From assembly GCF_009914755.1 (NCBI RefSeq), contig NC_060930.1: a DNA stretch of 64,000 nucleotides. One strand, 5' to 3'. The position numbers were made by a program, and so were the translations under genes. Below the pieces are notes generated by a model. That model had not been told where the DNA came from. It ran no database searches and saw only the letters and a program-made list of their open reading frames with translations. This stretch comes from the human T2T-CHM13v2.0 reference genome, Homo sapiens. Shown here one piece after another: positions 1-12,189 of this stretch. Each line of letters begins with the position of its first letter. The stretch's first letter is position 1.

Positions 1-424
1 CACAGATCAAGACATGCCCCATCTTGCCCACTGGTTTCAACTGGGGCTGAACCCAGCCAGGAAGAGCAAATGTGCCACGAATCACAGAACATTAAACCTA
101 GAGATGGGTCCTCTCCAGTCCCTGCGTTATACAGATAAGGAAACTGAGACCTGAGGGAGGAGGCCCAAAGTCACACTGCTGGTCAACACTAGCTTCCTAC
201 CCCCTTGCCCACCTGTTGTAGACCTGGAGTTTGACAAGGACATTTCTATAACTCTCCAAGGCCACATCCTGGGGGTCACCTTGCTCCACCCTCTGTCCAG
301 GTGACCCATCTTGCCTCTGCCCTCTCCCCAGTCTGCCCTACCCCAATGGGCTGAGCTTCTGACAACCCCATGATGAGGGCTCCAGGCCCTGGCTCACCCT
401 GCAAGGACTTCCTAAGTGCCCAAG

Positions 425-443
425 CAGTGCCCCCTAGAGGCCA
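425..443 (-). promoter_or_regulatory. CTCF motif (reverse)
   Basis: Minus strand TGGCCTCTAGGGGGCACTG vs consensus TGGCCASYAGRKGGCRS. Confidence 0.6.
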
Positions 444-2294
444 GTGGCAGCACTGATCAGCACAGCGGGCAGCGCCATCATGGCTGGAGGCCCAGGCGAA
501 GACGTGCAGGCCAGGGCGTGCCTGTGTGGGGGGAACAGGACCGAGCTTCTGCCAAGGGCCCGCTGCCGGCTGTTGCTGAGCTTGTGCTCGCCAGAGGGGT
601 GGGGGCGGCAGGCAGACAATGGACCCCACGGCCCAGCCTCCTGGCCTTGGCCCCTTGAGCTGGGCAGGCAGCCGCTGGCCAAAGCAGCCGCCTCCATTGG
701 TCCCTCACGTAGCCCACGTCCTGCCTGCTGGGTGGCCCTTATCACCGGGTACGTGCCAGAGTTCCACATGCCCACACTCCACAGTGGGGAGGGGACTGGG
801 GGCCCAGGAGGAATGGGACCAGTGGGAAGTTAGGCTTCCTGTTTCCCTGCATCCCATTCCCAAGGAGGGGCTTGAGCAGGTCCTGAGTACCCCTTGATGA
901 GTCTCTCGTTCTCAGAGAGATCTTAGCCGCATCTCGCCAAGTCCCAACTCTCAACAACTGTTCTCCCCTTGGAATGAAGGGGTTGGGTGGAAGAGAAGAA
1001 AGAAAGAGGCCAACAGCTTCATTTGAATGTTCTAGGTCACCAGTTCACAAATACCAACTGTTCCTCTTAACAAGCTTATACAAGAAGTAGTACTATACTA
1101 TGCTTATTACTGTCTGGGGAAACAGGCACAGAGAGGTTGAGTGACTTACCCACAACCATACAGCTGGTAGGGACAGAGTCAGGATTCAAATCCGAGCAGA
1201 CCGACTCCACAGCTAAACCACTCCTCAACAAAGCAGGGTCGTGACTGGCTGGTGCTCAGCCCTCTACCCCACAGAAATGATGGCTTTGGGGTCAGACAGA
1301 CATGGGCTCAGGCCTGGAAATGCATGCTCTAGGGCCAGTGAAGGCCCTCTCTGGGCCAATGTTTCCTTACCTGTGAAATGGGTGCAGTGATGCAGTGAGG
1401 AAGGTACAGCCACATGTGCCTCACTGGTGGAAGCTGCTGCACAAATCCTCCTCCCCTTCACCCAGCAGAGCTCAAAGCCTCCTTTGACTGAATAATTAGA
1501 ATGTCTTCTGCCTCGCCGCCTGAAGCCCACCATCCCAGCCTCCACTTCCTCTGTCCAAACCTACAGAGCGGCTCCATTCCCTGGCACTTGAGGTCTGCTG
1601 CAAGCCCCTAGCATGCCCGGCCAGGTAGCCCCGGCACGCTTGCTCAGCCCACGCACTGTTTAACCTTCCACAGGCACTGGGTTCTCCCTGTCTTCCCCCC
1701 GAGGAAGACCGTGAGTGCCCGCTGTGGGCCAGGGGAGGATGGGGCCGGATGAGCCCCTGCCTCCCTGGTATGTGCACACATGTACAGTCAGGCCTTATTC
1801 AAGGAGCTTGGACCCTGGGCCCAGTCTCAGTTGGCTACCAGAGCTGTGTGGCTCTGTACAGGTCCTTTCACGTCACGGGGGCTGTTTCCTCATATGTCAA
1901 ATGGACATCTACATCCCGGCTGGTAAAGACACAGTGAAGCCACATCTGGGACACACCCCTCCCAGAAAACTTCCTCGTGATTTCTGCTAGCAGATTAGGA
2001 CTACAGCGTGTGTGGGCAGGGAAGGGATCTGGCTGGGAGGACAGGAGAAATGGACATAGACGTCAGAGAAGGCAGGAAGCAGAGGGGTTTCCCCACCATG
2101 ATGAGGCTGCACAGGCAGGGGAAGAAAGGCCATGGGGGCTGAGTCACTGGCTGTGTCTAATCTGCTGCCTTCCCAGCCACTGACAATGAAGTGACCACAG
2201 GCGGATCACAGGAGATCACAGGAGGGAGGTGGCCAAACAGGACAAGAAAGGGAGCTGCAGGGACTCTAGAGGAAGTAGCCTGAGAGGCAAGGCT

Positions 2295-2746
2295 CAGCCC
2301 CTGCCCTCAGAGGGACCCTGAGCTGATGGGGTAGCAGACACAGCTGCTGCCTTCAGTGAGCTCCCAGTCTGACAGGGGAGACATTCTTTTGTCTCAGGAG
2401 AGAAAGGAGCTCTGCCTTCAGGGAACTCCCAATCTGACAGGGAAGTTTTATCACTTTCTGCCTTAAGGGAATTACAACTGTGACTGGGGACTCAGCCTCT
2501 GTTCGCAGGGAACCCCAGCTTGAGGTGTCTATGTCTGAGGGAGCAGGTGCCTGAGTGAGCGCTGTGCATTTGTGTGTTGACACCCTTCCTGGCTTCCTTC
2601 AGACCCTCCAATCTGATGGGAGAGACACAGCTCTGCTCTTAAGGAGCTCCTGTAAGATGGGGGAGACATAGTCCCCACATCAGGCGGCCACTAAAATGAA
2701 GGGGGAGACTTAGCTCCTGCCCTCTGTCCTCAGGGAGCCCTGTCTG
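2295..2746 (-). repeat. Degenerate array (~9-10 units) of the same unit in inverted orientation
   Basis: Recurring ctgccYtcagggaRctcccaRtctgaNNggggagacacag, the reverse complement of the VNTR unit. Confidence 0.7.
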
Positions 2747-3496
2747 CCCCCACGGGCACTCAGGTTAAGCATGCATGTGTGTGCACATGGGAATGCATGC
2801 AGGCCCTGCTCTAGCCCTCTCAGGCACCACTCCCCACCATGCCCACCTGAGAACTCCTCAAAGTAAGGAAGGAGAATCCTTGTTCGAGCCCAGGCTAAGG
2901 GGGCTTCCACAGAGGGGCTTCTGGGAGCCTAGAAGACAGAGGGTGGGGGAGACAGAAGTGCTACCACATCTAGGGTGGCTGGGCTCACTGTCCTGAACAG
3001 CTGAGCTGCATCTGCCTTCCTCATCTCCAACTCCTGATCCCTGATACACCCCAGCCTCACATGTCCGCTGAGACGCGGTACATGGTATCTCCCACACGTA
3101 TGCGCGGCTCCAGCACATGGGAGAGGGTGGCTGGGGCTTGGAGCTCAAAGGAGCCTCTTCTTTTCCTCCCCGTGGCCCTCATGTTGCCTTTCACACACCC
3201 ACTCTGGGTGATGGGAGGGGAGTGACCAGTCCACCCCGAGTCACTATGACTCGGTCTCCCCACCTGGAACCCTCATACTCGGTTCACAGTCTCCATGAAG
3301 GGACAGTGAGCAGACTGGGAGTCAGCGGGGAGGAGGCCCACAACAAGTCGGGAGCTCCAGTTCACCCACTCAATTCCTTCCTAGGGCAGGAAACCTTCAG
3401 GAGAGCAGAGGATGGGGCTGGGTGGGAAAATAACATGCAAGGGAGGAAGCAGGGAGCACAGGGCATTTCCCCTCAAGTGGGAGTTCCCCGAGGGCA

Positions 3497-4377
3497 GGGC
3501 TGTGTCTCCCCTCAGACTGGGGCACCCTGAGGACTGGGTTGTGTCTCCCCTTAGACTGGGGCACCCTGAGGACTGGGTTGTGTCTCCCCTTAGACTGGGG
3601 CACCCTGAGGACGGGGCTGTGTCTCCCCTCAGACTGGGGCTCCTTGAGTCAGGGCTGCGTCTCCCTCAGACTGGGGGTCCCTGAGTCAGAGCTGCGTCTC
3701 CCCTCAGACTGGGGCACCCTGAGGACCGGATTGTGTCTCCCCTCAGACTGGGGCTCCCTGAGTCAGGGCTGTCTCCCGCCTCAGACTGGGGGTCCCTGAG
3801 TCACGGCTGTGTCTCCCCTCAGACTGGGGCTCCCTGAGTCAGAGCTGCATCTCCCCTCAGACTGGGGGTCCCTGAGTCACGGCTGTGTCTCCCCTCAGAC
3901 TGGGGGTCCCTGAGTCAGGGCTGTCTCCCCCCTCAGACTGGGGATCCCTGAGTACAGGGCTGTGTCTCCCTCAGACTGGGGCTCCCTGAGGATGGGGCTG
4001 TGTCTTCCTCAGACTGGGGCACCCTGAGGATGGGACTGTGTCTCCCCTCAGACTGGGGCTCCCTGAGTCAGGGCTGTCTCCCCCCTCAGACTGGGGCTCC
4101 CTGAGTCAGGGCTGTCTCCCCCCCTCAGACTGGGGCTCCCTGAGTCAGAGCTGCGTCTTCCCTCAGACTGGGGCACCCTGAGGACCGGATTGTGTCTCCC
4201 CTCAGACTGGGGCTCCCTGAGTCAGGGCTGTCTCCCGCCTCAGACTGGGGCTCCCTGAGTACAGGGCTGTGTCTCCCTCAGACTGGGGCTCCCTGAGGAT
4301 GGGACTGCGTCTCTCCTCGGACTGGGGTTCCCTGTGGACAGGGCTGTGTCTCCCTCAGACTGAATTCCATGAAGACA
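3497..4377 (+). repeat. VNTR/minisatellite, ~23 units of 38-39 bp (gggctgtgtctcccctcagactggggctccctgagtca)
   Basis: Tandem units read directly, with degenerate units at both edges. Confidence 0.97.
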
Positions 4378-6489
4378 GGCACTGTGTCAATCCCATCAAA
4401 CTAGGTAAGAACTAGATCTCCTTTAGCATCTAAAACAGGCAACTCATCCACCATCCCCAACATCATCTGGGGGTTTTCAGACTGGGTGGGGTGGGGCATC
4501 TACTTCCCACCAGGCCACCCTCCTGAGGAAGGACAATCATGCTTACTGGCAGGGGCTTCCTCAGTGAGCAGCCTGTTCCCAGTTCACCCACTCACCCCTC
4601 TGGGTGGTCTCTCCCACAGTCTAGCCCCAGTCTCTCACGTTAAATCACCATGGGTAGCTGGGCAGGCGAGACCCACAGGATGTGTGGGCAGGGCCTGCCT
4701 GGACCTGGTGGGGGGTGTATAGCTGAGAGCACAGGCATTTTGTAGCATGATCTCATGCCCACTGCCCTCAGCTAGGGGCTCTTCAGGACCATTTGAGCAT
4801 GGGGAGTGGGCAGACAAGCCTGGGCAGCTATACCAGTGGCCTGAGGAAGCCAAGCTTGGCAGGTTCCTGCTTCCATGAGTCCAAATCAGCACAGGAAGTG
4901 GGTCCCAACACCATTAGCTTTCCCTTATCCTATGCTGTAGCCACCTGGATTAGCAGAGGGAGAGGCCTCCTACCCCAGTGGGTCCCTGTGAGGGGGCAGC
5001 CCGACCTTACAGTGTATACATTTGGTAGTGAAGGAAGCAGGAAACAGCTGGACAGGCCTGGGAATCCCTCCCCACTCCCTAATCACCTTTCAATACGAGG
5101 AGCTGGGCTTTCCCAGCCCTCTATCCCCCACTCCTCCCTGCCTCCTCTTGACCTCCTGTGCCTTTTTCAGGGAAATAAAACACAGAGCCATGTGGAGATT
5201 GGGGCTGGACTTCTGTGCTCTCCTTTTTCCGTTGGCAACCCCATCTCCAGGCTGGCAGGATCAGAGTCGGTGCCTCCCACCTAACACTGACAATTGAGCA
5301 TTGCCATGGCTGAGGGCACCCTAAGATATCAACCCCATTACACAGATGGGCAGACTGAAGTCTGAGGCTGTCACAGAGTCAGGACAGATCATGTCTTGGA
5401 GGTGATGCAGCCAGGCTTGTGGTCAATACCCACTCTGCCTGAGTCAGGGTAGCTCCTCTCTCGGCCAGACTGTGAGCTCCCTGAGCTCAGGGACTGGTCT
5501 CCAGCTTCCTGAAAGGGGTTTGCTGGGTAGGATTGAATGAGGGCTTGCTATGTACTGACCTGTGCTGGTCCTGGGGTGGGGTTCTGTGTCCCCATCAGCC
5601 TAGCCAGTTTAGCTGCAGGGCCTCCTCACCTCTGGACCCTTCCTTGACCACAGGTCTCCCTAGTTAGTTCCTGGAACCCAGACTTTCGGTGCCTGGGGAG
5701 GGAGGGTCTAGGGTGGCATGGGCAGCTGTGCATCCAGGCCAGAATGGGCCACCTGGAGAAGTCCCCAGGGCCTGGTGCAGGAGCCCGCTCCCCCAGCTGG
5801 CAGAAGGACAGGTGGAAGCCCACCTGCTGTCCCCCGCTTCTGGGTCACAGTCAGTTGGCTGAGCTAGGCCCAGCTTGGGCAGGTTCTCCCACATCCAGTG
5901 CCCCCTCCCCCTCACCCCACCCTGGCCTGATCCCTTTTTCAAGTACAGTCTTTGCTCCAGCCAGATGTCTGAGCACAGTCTTGTTCCCAAGAAACCCATG
6001 CCCTGCCCCACAATCTCTACTCATCCTGCCCTCTCTCCCTCCTGTCCCCATAGGAGCCATCTCCCCAGGGCCACTGGCTCACCACACTTCCTGCAGAGCT
6101 TTGACCCTCTAGGAGAGCAAGCCCCTCCCCAGGCCAGGGAAGGGTCTCAGCAGAGGCAGCAGGGAAGGGGCAAGGATCCAGCTTCCCCAGTAACCTAGCA
6201 TGCCTCTGTCTTCCAGCAAGTCACCAAACCACTCTCCTATCTGTCCCTATTGTCAGCCTATCCCATCCCTCAAGGCAGCAAGTTCTTAGGTTGGCTTCCC
6301 ACTGTGTGGGCAAACACGCGGCCTCACTCTTACTGGAAGCCAAGACTTGCTCCAACTGGGCTCGGCAGGAGAGAGTTCTCAAGAAGCCCAACCCTCAAAT
6401 ACATACTCTGTAACCTAGATGGAGGCTCTCACAGAACCTGCCAGAGGCAATCACTAACCCTGCTTTACACACCTAAAGGTAGCTTTTTA

Positions 6490-6950
6490 AACTTTAAAAA
6501 ATTTGTGATAAAATACGCAGAACATTTACCATTTTAACCATATTTAAGTGTACATTTCAGTGGCATTAAATACATTCACATTACATACGTTCACATTACA
6601 TATGTTCACATTGTTGTGCAACCATCAACACCATCCATCTCCAGAATTCTTTTCATTTTACAAAACAGAAACTCTGCTCATTGAACACTAACTCCCCATC
6701 TCTCCAGCCCCTGGCAACCACCATTCTACTTTCTGTCTCTATGAATCTAACTACCTTAGTTACCTCATTAAAGTGGAATTAATACAATATTTGTCCTTTT
6801 GTGATTTGCTGATTTCACTTAGCACAATGTCCTTAAAGTTCATCCCTGTTACAGCATGTGTCACAATTTTCTTCCTTTTTAAGGCTTAATAATATTCCAT
6901 TGTATGTATGTACCACATTTTCTTTCTCCATTTGGGTAGCTTTTTTTATT
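6490..6950 (-). mobile_element. Old L1 (L1M) 3' fragment
   Basis: Typical reverse L1M motifs (ccatcaacaccatccatctccagaa, ccctggcaaccaccattctactttctgtctctatga). Confidence 0.8.
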
Positions 6951-6960
6951 TATTAACTAC

Positions 6961-7090
6961 TTTTTTTTTTTTTTTTTTTTGAGACGGAGTCTCGCTCTGT
7001 CACCCGGGCTGGAGCACAGTGGCTTGATCCCGGCTTACTGCAACCTCCGCTACCCAGGTTCAAGCGATTCTCCTGCCTCAGTCTCCAGAG
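6961..7090 (-). mobile_element. 5'-truncated Alu (part of right arm) with TSD ttaactacttttt
   Basis: Poly(T) plus Alu 3' end; flanking duplication on both sides. Confidence 0.9.
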
Positions 7091-7296
7091 TTAACTACTT
7101 TTTAAAAAAACCAAAGTAATATATTCTCGTGGCAAAAAGTCTGAACAGTTCAGAAACACATAAAGTGAAAAGTGGACTTTTCCATCCCTTCTCACTCTGG
7201 TCATGGAAAGCCCTTTCTGGTGACTCTGAAATTTTAGAGGCAGAAGGGCTAACTGGTTTTTATCCATTTTTTACACATATAGTGACATACTCCTCA

Positions 7297-7765
<469 letters not shown>

Positions 7766-7799
7766 CCAAGGAATGTCTTGCCACTTGCTTTTCTACTTA

Positions 7800-9060
7800 G
7801 TGAATATCAACACACAACCTCAACCTCACTCTTTTCAACCACTGCATACTATTGGTGTTTGGAGGCATCATAACATATCCAATCCGTGCCCTATTAATGG
7901 ACTTAATGTTGCTTCCAGTTTTTCAGGTTTGGAAGCAAAACTGCAATGAACACACTTGTATGTATACTTTGAACACTTGTGACATTTATAACAGTGCATC
8001 TGATAAATTCCTAGATATGGAACCCTCGAGTCCATGGTTTGTGAATTAATTCTTCTCATGTATACTGCCAATCCCCTTCACAGGTGCAACTGTCCTCCCC
8101 CCCCAGCTCTGAGGATGTCTGTGTCCACACAGTGAGGGGTTGCCCATTTTAGTTGTTGTCAATCAAATTGGCGAAAAGAGAATCTTCTCATGTCTTCATT
8201 TTGATTTCTTCTATTTTGACTGAGGGTGAGCATTTTCACCTGCTTGTTAACCATTAGTATCCCCTTACCGGTTTATGTGCTTTGCCCATTTTTCTATTCG
8301 TTTTTATTTTCCTTATTGACTTGTAAAAACTCATCGGTCATCTATGTTAAAAATATTTTTTCCAGACGGTTGTCTTTAGAATTCAGGATATTACATTAAA
8401 AACACATTTTTTTTTCAGAGATGGAGTCTCACTGTGGTGCCCAGGCTGGCCTCAAATTCCTGGGCTCAAGTTATCCTCCCACCTCAGCCTCCCAAGGAGC
8501 TGGGACTACAGGCATGTAACACAACACCCTACGTCATATTTTAATACAGCCAATTTTAAAAAATTCTTTCCCTTTGTGACTCCTAGGTTTTGTGTCAAAC
8601 TTTCCCCAATCCAAGAACATACACTTTTAGACTTTCAGATGTTTTCTTCTAGTAATTTTATGGTTTCCTTTTTACATTTAAATCTTCACTCCATCGGGAT
8701 TTATTTCAGAATAAGAGATGAAGTGGGGAGCTGGATTTCTTTTTTTTCCCCCTTAACAGCTAACCAGTTGTCCAATTTGATTGAATAATTCATCTTTTCT
8801 CCTCTGATCTAAAATGTCATTTTATCATATATTTAATTTCCATTTGTTCACGGGTGTGTGTCTGGCCTCTACTCTGCTCCTTTGATCTGCCTGTCTGTTC
8901 TTGTGCCAGTACCCAACTATTTTATTATTGGAGCTTTCTACAACATTTTAGTAGCACTAGTCGTCCCTTATAATACTTCTTTTTCAGGATTTTCCAAGCT
9001 CTTTTTGCATGTTTATTTCTCCAGATGAACTTTAATATAATTTGTCAAGTTCAAAAGATC
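7800..9060 (-). mobile_element. Ancient L1 (L1ME-like) fragments
   Basis: AT-rich with L1 ORF2/3' motifs (ttctctccagatgaactttaatataatttgtcaagttc-like; tgtctgttcttgtgccagtacc). Confidence 0.6.
8407..8530 (-). mobile_element. FLAM/Alu monomer
   Basis: Alu left-monomer match. Confidence 0.8.
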
Positions 9061-10446
9061 TCGTTGTTTTTCACATCTTCCAACAGATGTGATTTTCGGA
9101 CATCTCAGCCCACAGCCAAACAGAAACAAGTTGAGAATAGGGTGGGTTTGGTGGTCTGCCCTGGAGGCAGGCAAAGTGATGGTAACAGAAGTGATAGTTT
9201 ATACGGAGAGAGTTGATGAAGTGATAAAGTACTATAAAAGTAGACACAAGAACTACGAAAATGTAGCCTTCATGGAATGAGCCGTTGGTGTGGGGCCAAA
9301 AAAGGCCTTGGATTTTCACTGTATTACAACCAGGATACTGATGGACCCTTGTAACCACAACCCTGAGTCATGAAGACTCACATGTTCTGTAACCTCTGAT
9401 TAAAAGCCCGGAAAGCGTGTAATATCCACTAGTGATTCCTATCCAAAATATCTCTTTTTAAGGTTTCAGATATTAATGTCTGGAAAACTAGTATGAAATG
9501 GTTCATTCTTGGATGGTGACATAAACATGACATGTTACTGGCCTCTTTACAGTTTTCTCAAAGCCCACCTTCAAATTCCAAGGAGCTGCCAGCTCCGGGA
9601 TTTGAATTCACTCTATCCATGGAAACAAAGCTGAGGGAAATGTCCCCAGACTTTCAGCCAGTTCAAACACAATAATAAAAAAAGGTTTACCTCATACATG
9701 CCTCCAACATATGAGGCATGTTATAGGCAGATTATATTTTAATCCTCAACAGCCCCGCTGGGTGAATGCTGTACTCCCATTACACAGAAAACTGAGGCTC
9801 AGAGGGGTCAAACAACTGGGGCCAGTTTAAGTTAGTACGTGACAAAGAGCTCTCAGCTACCTCCACCTGCACATTCCACAGACCAGTCCCCTTCAGTTCA
9901 CTCCCACAGGGAGGTTCAAAACACCACCGACCCTATTCAGACATCCCTTTGCAAGGCCCTGTCACCTGTCTTGCCCAATGCCCACCTAGCCAGGAGAGCC
10001 AGGATGCACAGTGAGGAAGGTGGAATGAGGTGCCAACGTAGCCCATCCAGGGAAGGAAGACAGCCCCCCCCCCCCGGCCACCCACTTGCCAGTGGCCCAG
10101 GTGGCAGGCCAGCCACTTGCCAATCCCCTTCCTGATCAGGGATTCAGGAAGTGAAGAGAGTGCCCCTGGAAGTCAGGAGACACCTCCAAGATGAAGGCCC
10201 TGCCTGCCATAGCCTGACACAGCCTCCCTGTACTCCCTGGGTTGTCCCAGGACGCAGACTCTGTGCTTACCATACCACACCTTTGTCAGTGGTGTGGGCA
10301 GGGCCCAGCAGAGTCCTGGACACCCCAGGGAGTAGGAGCTGTGCAGGTAACATAGGAGGGGGTGAAAGGGAAATGAACTCCCTTGGGAGTTCCCCATCCC
10401 AGAGGAAATAAAAGTCAAAGCACTCCTTTGTTTTTTCTTCCCAAGC

Positions 10447-10456
10447 CCTTATAAGG
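10447..10456. promoter_or_regulatory. Perfect CArG box (SRF motif) CCTTATAAGG
   Basis: Matches CC(A/T)6GG inside the palindrome cccttataaggg, ~200 bp from the CpG island. Function is inferred. Confidence 0.35.
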
Positions 10457-10619
10457 GGCTTTATGGGGCTTGCCTAGGTTTGAGGTGCAGCAGAGGCAGG
10501 CGGGTGAGGGCCTCCAGGCTGAGAGATCCTGGGGCAAAAGTGAAACTATATGGTCATGAACACGGGCATGTTCTGAACTCTGTGAAACCCTAGCCCAGGA
10601 CCTGGCTGACTCTACAATC

Positions 10620-11260
10620 CGTCACCCGGCACACCGTAACAGAAGACCCTACTACGCGCAGAGGACAGTACTATTGGGGTGGCAACTGAAAAGGGTCCTG
10701 GCTGGAGGCGGGGTTTGCTGGAGGGGTAACAGAGCGTGCGCGGAGTGGAGAGGGTACGGAGGCTCACCGCCCAGCATCCCCAACCCCGGCGCTCAGAAGA
10801 GCAGCGCGCTCCGGAGCTCGGCGCGCGCGATCAAAGCCGGCGCCGCACGCGCACGCGCGCCCGCAGCCGCTCCCCCGCCCGCGCCGCTCCGGCTCCCGCG
10901 CGCGCGCACTTGAGGCCTCCCTTGTGCGTCTCCTCCATTCGCTACGTGCAGAATGGTCCGTCGGCAGCAGCTGCAGCGCTGGGTGGGAGGGGGAGGAGGA
11001 GGGGAGGGGGAGGCGGCGCCCAGGTCTCGGGGAGGGGCCGCGGCGGCCCTGGAGATAGAGGGGTGGGGGCGAAGGGGTGGGCCCCCGCAGCGGGGAGGAC
11101 AGAGGGAGAGTCCGGGTGGGCTCGATGCTCAGCCTTCCCCCTCCCCCGCTCCCGCTTCTTTCTGCGAGGCCATTACGGCCATCTCCCGGCCTGAGCCTCC
11201 TGGAACCAAGCCGACCAAGAGGGGTTTCCTCCGTGTTGTCTCGTCCCCAAAACCCAGAAT
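10620..11260. promoter_or_regulatory. CpG island / promoter-like region
   Basis: Dense CpG; NRF1-like cgcgcacgcgcg 10848-10859, TCF/LEF gatcaaag 10829-10836, HRE tacgtg 10943-10948, G-runs 10981-11010. Confidence 0.85.
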
Positions 11261-11953
11261 CCAGACCCAAGAAAGAACCACTCCTGCTGACCCCTCCTCC
11301 CGCTACCCGTCCCAACCGCATTCCCAAGCTTTCGTGGAGGTGACCCAACAGCAAGCACTTCCCCACTCCGCCTTTCATGGGGTGGGGTCCCTAAGAGGTA
11401 CTGCAGACTAACTCCTCTTTTCATCTCTTACCCCACCTGGAGGAAGAGGCATGGCCAGGATGGACACCAGAGCACATTTCCCAGCATTTCCAAGGGGAAA
11501 GGGCAGCATCTCAGCATGCAGACTCCAACATGGCCACAGAAAGGTCGAGTGGCGCAGAGGAGCAGGCTGCTGCCCAGGCCCCTAGGGCCACTTCCAAAGG
11601 AGTGTGACCACGACTAGGTTGCTGTGGACTCACTCGCATTACAGGGCTGCGCCCTATACACCTGTTTGTAAAGGGTCCTCCTAGAATGTAATGGTGAGGG
11701 ACCACCAAGCGGTGGACCAAGAATTCCAAACAGACCAGCTCCCTGCCTTGCCAGGAAACCAGATGTGGCCCAGATGTCCATAGCAGTTCCTCCCACAGGG
11801 TGGGACACCAGCTATTCTGTGCAACCCCTCCCAACCCTTCTTCCAGGGTCAGGGAGGAAAGCTGGCAACCTCCGTTGTCCCTTCCCATTTGGGTTGCTAG
11901 AAGGGAGCAACTCACTCATCCTCCTCTTCCTGCCAAGAGCCACCTGGGCTTAC

Positions 11954-12110
11954 CTCTCCAGCAGCCACCTAGGTTCAACCTGTGGTCTAACCTCAAGCCC
12001 TCTGCTGACAGGTTAAGTCAAGATCGCCGGGAAGGAAGGCGTCCAGTTTCATTACACACACAGACGTACACACACACCCGACACCGACCCACGCGCCTGG
12101 GCTCTGCACA
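11954..12110 (-). ncRNA. Possible first exon of a leftward lncRNA (SCIRT locus, from memory of the region)
   Basis: Strong donor GAG|gtaagc at 11953 between the CpG island and the CTCF motif. The identity and the 5' boundary rest on recalled locus context, not on the sequence. Confidence 0.3.
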
Positions 12111-12171
12111 GTGGCTAGACCCCAAAAAGCCGATTCTCCTGTTCCCTCCGTGGTGGCCTCAGTCTTTTGGC

Positions 12172-12189
12172 GGCGCCCTCTGCTGGCCA
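12172..12189 (-). promoter_or_regulatory. CTCF motif (reverse), near-perfect
   Basis: Minus strand TGGCCAGCAGAGGGCGCC. Confidence 0.75.

Noticed and set aside
3397-3799. Repetitive-peptide ORFs, or a CRISPR-like array
   Set aside because: Translations of the VNTR. Units are contiguous with no unique spacers, and the DNA is eukaryotic.
6572-6612. 15-bp x ~2.7 tandem repeat
   Set aside because: Trivial slippage inside an L1 relic.
10674-11424. Overlapping 150-204-aa ORFs
   Set aside because: Stop-codon depletion in a CpG island; low-complexity G/R/P/A sequence with no recognisable domain.
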